From contig JAPSJS010000012.1 in the NCBI GenBank assembly GCA_031178065.1, forward strand, positions 2,399 through 66,398: a stretch of 64,000 nucleotides of DNA, in the 5' to 3' direction. This document shows, in pieces, positions 60,068 to 64,000 of this stretch (position 1 is its first letter; the number at the start of each line of letters is the position of its first letter). The stretch comes from Altererythrobacter sp. (GTDB taxonomy: Bacteria; Pseudomonadota; Alphaproteobacteria; Sphingomonadales; Sphingomonadaceae). The translations under genes were made by a program, and so were the position numbers. The notes below the pieces were generated by a model. That model saw nothing but the letters and a program-made list of their open reading frames with translations. It was not told where the DNA came from and ran no database searches.

Positions 60068-60466
60068 GTGAGCGCGCGCTTCCATCGCACCTTCACCGCG
60101 AGGTCCGAGCACATCGACGTGATGGGCCACGTCAACAATGCAGTCTGGGTGCAGTGGGTGCAGGATCTTGCGACGGCGCACTGGGAAGCGGCGGCCACGC
60201 CGGAGCATGTGCGCGACTACGTCTGGGTGGTGACGCGGCACGAGATCGACTATCGCGGCAACGTCTCCGAAGGCGAGAGTGTGGCCGCCGAGACCTGGAT
60301 CGACGGCGAGCCGCGCGGTGCGACCTCGGTGCGTCGGGTCGAGTTCCGCGACGCAGCCGGCAAGATCATCGTCGCAGCGGCAACGACCTGGGCGATGCTC
60401 GACCGGCAAAGCGGACGCCTGGCACGCGTGCGGCGGGAAATCGTGGCGCCGTTCCTGGACGCCTAG
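60068..60466 (+). CDS. Acyl-CoA thioesterase (4HBT/YbgC-like hotdog fold)
   Basis: 132 aa. GTG start. EHIDVMGHVNNAVW motif. Confidence 0.75.
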   Translation: MSARFHRTFTARSEHIDVMGHVNNAVWVQWVQDLATAHWEAAATPEHVRDYVWVVTRHEIDYRGNVSEGESVAAETWIDGEPRGATSVRRVEFRDAAGKIIVAAATTWAMLDRQSGRLARVRREIVAPFLDA

Positions 60467-61359
60467 GGCAACTCGCCCGCCGCGCCCGGAGCGAAGGCCG
60501 CGTCGAGGAGGTCCGCTATGCGCAGGCCCGCCTGAGTCACGCGGCGCTCGACCACCGGGACGGCGGCGACGATATCCTCTTGCGTCAGGGCGGTTTCAAG
60601 CGGCAGGTCGCCCTCGCAGGGGTCGCGGTCGAAGGCGTTGGGATAGACGAAGTCGCGCGCGATCTGCCAGCTTTCGCGGCCCCATTCGGCGGGATCGCCG
60701 CCGGCAAGCGCCGCCTTCTCCTCTCGCGAATATCGCCGCACCAGCGGCGGCTCGGCCGCAGTGATCGCGCGCTCGGCAAGCGCCGTGTCCCAGATCGAAT
60801 GAAGGTTGCGGTCGGGCACGATGCCGTAATCGGTCACCCGGTCGTTGCCGCCGCGGTCGTCCTTGTCGCCCGAATGCAGCGGCATGTGCACGTCGCCGGC
60901 GAAGTGGACCATGAAGGCGAGCGCCTCCAGCCGCACGTTCGCCGGTAGGCTCTCGTCGGACAGGATGCGGAAGTTACGCTCGATCTGCGCGGTCACGCAG
61001 TTGTCGCCCGCGCAGTGCTTTTTGGCGTCGTAGGCCTCGCAAACCGGCGCGGTGCGGTAGTGCCAGGCGAAGGTATGGGCCCAGCGCCAGTAGGTGCCGC
61101 GAAGACAGTCCGGCCATGTCGCGGCATCGGCGAGATCGCCCATGCGGCATTCGGGCGTGCCGAGTTCCTTCTCGTGCGCGATCAGCCGCGCGATGGCGGC
61201 GCGGGTTTCCGGCGTGACATTGGCAAGCGCGATTCTCGCGGTCGTCTGGTGGCCGTAGTAACCCCAGGCATTGGCTGATGCGGGAAGCAGCGACGCAAGC
61301 AGCAGCGCCAGCGCGCCGATCAGGTGCGCGGCGCGGTTTCGTACTGCTCGATGACCCAT
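60463..61359 (-). CDS. Secreted S1/P1-type nuclease
   Basis: Signal peptide ending ASANA-WG. WGYYGH, FMVHFAGDVHMPLH and NLHSIWD are S1/P1 zinc ligand motifs. The start overlaps the GST 3' end by 40 nt. Confidence 0.8.
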   Translation of the reverse strand: MGHRAVRNRAAHLIGALALLLASLLPASANAWGYYGHQTTARIALANVTPETRAAIARLIAHEKELGTPECRMGDLADAATWPDCLRGTYWRWAHTFAWHYRTAPVCEAYDAKKHCAGDNCVTAQIERNFRILSDESLPANVRLEALAFMVHFAGDVHMPLHSGDKDDRGGNDRVTDYGIVPDRNLHSIWDTALAERAITAAEPPLVRRYSREEKAALAGGDPAEWGRESWQIARDFVYPNAFDRDPCEGDLPLETALTQEDIVAAVPVVERRVTQAGLRIADLLDAAFAPGAAGELP

Positions 61360-61985
61360 CGTTCTTCTTCCGCGCCTTCGATCCAGGCCTGCATCCATTC
61401 GTGTTCCCACACTGCTTCCATGTAGGCCTGCGCGAAACCGGGCACCGCGACGCCGTAGGTGACGAAACGGCTCACGACGGGCGCGTAGAACACGTCCGCC
61501 GCGCCGAAGGTGCCGAACAGGAACGGGCCGCCCTTGCCGAAGCGCGCCCGCGCCTCGGCCCAGAGCTGGAGGATGCGCACGATGTTCGCCTTTGCGTCGT
61601 CGGAGATCCGCACGCCCTCGAACCGCTTGCGCACGTTCATCGGGCACTCGCTGCGCAGCGCCTGGTAGGAACTGTGCATCTCGGCGACCATCGACAGGGC
61701 CATGCCGCGCGCGGTGTCGTCCTTGGGCCAGAACCGCTCGCGCCCGACTTTGTCGGCAAGGTATTCGAGAATGGCGAAGCTGTCCCAGATCACCGTCTCG
61801 CCGTCCCACAGCACGGGGACTTTGCCGGAGGGCATGATCTCGCCCGATTCGCGCCGGACCGAAGCCCATTCCTCGCCGCCGATGTTGACGATCAACTCCT
61901 CGAACGAGAGGCCCGACTGCTTGAGGGCGAGCCAGGCGCGCAGGCTCCAGCTCGAATAGTTCTTGTTGCCGATAATCAGCTTCAT
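61320..61985 (-). CDS. Glutathione S-transferase
   Basis: 221 aa. MKLIIGNKNYSSWSLRAWL...GKVPVL is a thioredoxin-like N-terminal domain, followed by a helical C-terminal domain. Confidence 0.85.
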   Translation of the reverse strand: MKLIIGNKNYSSWSLRAWLALKQSGLSFEELIVNIGGEEWASVRRESGEIMPSGKVPVLWDGETVIWDSFAILEYLADKVGRERFWPKDDTARGMALSMVAEMHSSYQALRSECPMNVRKRFEGVRISDDAKANIVRILQLWAEARARFGKGGPFLFGTFGAADVFYAPVVSRFVTYGVAVPGFAQAYMEAVWEHEWMQAWIEGAEEERWVIEQYETAPRT

Positions 61986-62043
61986 CGCATGCCCACCGCT
62001 TCTGCCGTGCCGGCCCTAAGGGGTCCCCCAGGGCCTGTCGAGG

Positions 62044-62691
62044 TTATACCCGCGCGTCCTCCAGCACCGCCACGCGCAGTTCGGCGATGCCCATGCCCTT
62101 CTCGGAACTGGTGACGTGGAGCGTGGGGTGCGCCGCGGGATGCTTGCGTGCCTCGGCCGCGGTCGCGTCGCGTACCGCAGCAAGCTCGCTCGCCTTGATC
62201 TTGTCGGCCTTGGTGAGAACCAGACGGTAGCCGACGGCGGTCTCGTCGAGCATCTTCATCATCTCGCGGTCGACGTCCTTCAGCCCGTGCCGCGAATCGA
62301 TCAGCACCAGCGTACGGTGGAGAACGTCACGGCCCTTGAGGTACGTCCGCACGAGCTGCCGCCAGCGCTCGACCACTTTCACCGGCGCCTTGGCGAAGCC
62401 GTAGCCCGGCATGTCGACCAGGCGAAACAGCGTCGGATCGCCGACCTCGAAGAAGTTCAGCTCCTGCGTCCGGCCCGGCGTGACCGACGTGCGCGCGATC
62501 GCTCTGCGCCCGGTGAGCGCATTGAGCAGCGAGCTCTTGCCGACGTTGCTGCGGCCGCAGAACGCGATTTCCGGCACCGTCGGCTCGGGCAGGAACTTGA
62601 GCTGCGGCGCGGACAGCAGGAACTCGACCCGGCCCGAAAACAGCTTCGCCGCGTGTTCCTCCAGTACCGAGATGTCGGAAGGCTCGCTCAC
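62044..62691 (-). CDS. engB: Ribosome biogenesis GTP-binding protein YihA/EngB
   Basis: GRSNVGKSSLLNAL (G1), DMPGYG (G3), TKADK (G4). The GTG start overlaps the yidC stop (GTGA). Confidence 0.9.
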   Translation of the reverse strand: MSEPSDISVLEEHAAKLFSGRVEFLLSAPQLKFLPEPTVPEIAFCGRSNVGKSSLLNALTGRRAIARTSVTPGRTQELNFFEVGDPTLFRLVDMPGYGFAKAPVKVVERWRQLVRTYLKGRDVLHRTLVLIDSRHGLKDVDREMMKMLDETAVGYRLVLTKADKIKASELAAVRDATAAEARKHPAAHPTLHVTSSEKGMGIAELRVAVLEDARV

Positions 62692-64000
62692 GCTTTGCCC
62701 TTCTGCTCGCCCTCGGCCGCCGTCTGGCGGTCGACCTTGTCCTTCTCCGCCTGCGCCTTGAGCTGCGGGTTCCTCGAGTAGAGGTAGCTCTGCTGCGCCA
62801 GCGTCAGCACGTTGTTGGTGATCCAGTAGAGCAGCAGGCCGGCCGCAAAAGGCGCCATGACGAACATCAGCACCCAGGGCATGATGTTGAAGATCTGCTG
62901 CTGCATCGGGTCCATGGAGCTCGGGTTGAGCTTGAAGGTCAGCCACATGGTCACGCCCAGCAGCACCGCCAGCGGGCCAATCGCGATCAGGCTCGGCACC
63001 TCGAACGGCAGTATACCGAAGAGATTGAGGATATGCGCCGGATCGGGCGCGGAAAGATCCTCGATCCACAGCGCGAACGGCTTGTGGCGCATCTCGATCG
63101 ACAGCATCAGGACCTTGTAGAGCCCGAAGAAGATCGGGATCTGAAGCAGCAGAGGAAGGCATCCGGCGAGCGGATTGACGCCTTCGTCCTTGTACAGCTT
63201 CATGATCTCCTGCTGCTGCTTCTGCTTGTCGTCCTTGTGGCGCTCCTGGATCGCCTTCATCTTAGGCTGGACGGCCTTCATCGCCGCCATGCTGGCGAAC
63301 TGCTTCTGCGCGATCGGGAACATCAGCAGGCGCACGACCACGGTGAGCAGGATGATCGCCACGCCGAAGTTGCCGGCCAGATCGTAGAGGTGCTTGAGCA
63401 GCCACAGGATCGGCTTCTCGATCACGCCGAACCAGCCCCAGTCGATCGCATTGTCGAAGCCGGGGACGCCCGCTGTTTCGTAGGCGTCGAGCACCTCGTT
63501 GTCCTTGGCGCCGACGAACAGCCGCGTGGTCCGCGTGACCTGGCGGCCTGGCGCCACGGTGACGGGTTGATAGACCAGCGAGGCGCGATAGTACTGCTGC
63601 CCCAGCGGGCGGAATTCGGCTTGCGGCGTACTGCCCGCCTCGGGCGCGAGCGCCGAAAGCCAGTAGATGTCGGTAAAGCCGATCCAGCCGGCGCGGCCTT
63701 CCGGCGCCACCGTGCCGTCTTCGTCGAGCTCGTCGTAGTCGGGCCCGAACCGCACGCCGTCGCCGAAATAGCCGATCGGGCCGGAATGGAGCGTCCAGGT
63801 GCTCTGGCTGGCGGTGCGGCTGGTGCGGTTGAGCAGTGCGAAGGGCCGCACGACGACGGGGCCCTGGCCGGTGTTGGCGACGGCCTGCTCGGCCGTGATC
63901 ATGTAGTGCTCGTCGACCGTCAGATGGATCGTGAAGAGCTGGCCTTCGCCGTTGTTCCACCGCATGGTCACCGGGCTTTCGGGCGACAGCGGGCCGCCTT
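62688..64000 (-). CDS. yidC: Membrane protein insertase YidC (5' end outside window)
   Basis: Periplasmic P1 domain plus the conserved core (LLMFPIAQKQFASMAAMKAVQPKM...GCLPLLLQIPIFFGLY). The reading frame stays open to the window edge. Confidence 0.9.
   Translation of the reverse strand, partial: GGPLSPESPVTMRWNNGEGQLFTIHLTVDEHYMITAEQAVANTGQGPVVVRPFALLNRTSRTASQSTWTLHSGPIGYFGDGVRFGPDYDELDEDGTVAPEGRAGWIGFTDIYWLSALAPEAGSTPQAEFRPLGQQYYRASLVYQPVTVAPGRQVTRTTRLFVGAKDNEVLDAYETAGVPGFDNAIDWGWFGVIEKPILWLLKHLYDLAGNFGVAIILLTVVVRLLMFPIAQKQFASMAAMKAVQPKMKAIQERHKDDKQKQQQEIMKLYKDEGVNPLAGCLPLLLQIPIFFGLYKVLMLSIEMRHKPFALWIEDLSAPDPAHILNLFGILPFEVPSLIAIGPLAVLLGVTMWLTFKLNPSSMDPMQQQIFNIMPWVLMFVMAPFAAGLLLYWITNNVLTLAQQSYLYSRNPQLKAQAEKDKVDRQTAAEGEQKGKA

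Overview
High-GC (about 65%) alphaproteobacterial chromosomal core region around dnaA. The Sphingomonadales/Erythrobacteraceae-like assignment is an inference from protein similarity and synteny such as Tim44-like/secB, mutM-rpsT-dnaA and an HWE kinase. I support about 60 protein genes, and almost all are housekeeping. They include ahpCF, smr-mltA, Tim44-like/secB, murJ, trpS, dut-coaBC, ubiB/ubiE, mutM, rpsT, dnaA, a MoeB/ThiF-like E1, cobB, dapB-nth, dapE and pabBC. They also include rluA-arfB, rpmG, lolA-like, xthA-ribA-GNAT, guaA, gyrB, ivd/mccB, pepP, ptrB, engB and yidC (truncated at the window end). I saw no rRNA, tRNA, CRISPR array, transposase, integrase or prophage signature. Many long ORFs in the track are antisense or alternate-frame artefacts of the high GC content. 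This looks like an ordinary core region, and I found no convincing large novel multi-gene system. The items most worth a second look are: (1) an orphan promoter-to-terminator unit encoding a ~134-nt structured candidate sRNA between lolA-like and xthA; (2) a low-GC intergenic island between guaA and an acyl-CoA ligase, carrying repeated TTTTGCA motifs and a 27-aa hydrophobic ORF with a strong SD; (3) a secreted six-EF-hand protein heading an OmpR/EnvZ-type two-component operon; (4) two REP/MITE-like palindromic elements flanking ubiE; (5) a low-GC islet with an orphan Cys-rich lipoprotein; (6) two paralogous small lipoproteins; (7) a small membrane protein translationally coupled between ivd and mccB. 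All functional calls rest on my recognition of motifs in the translated ORFs. No database search was run.
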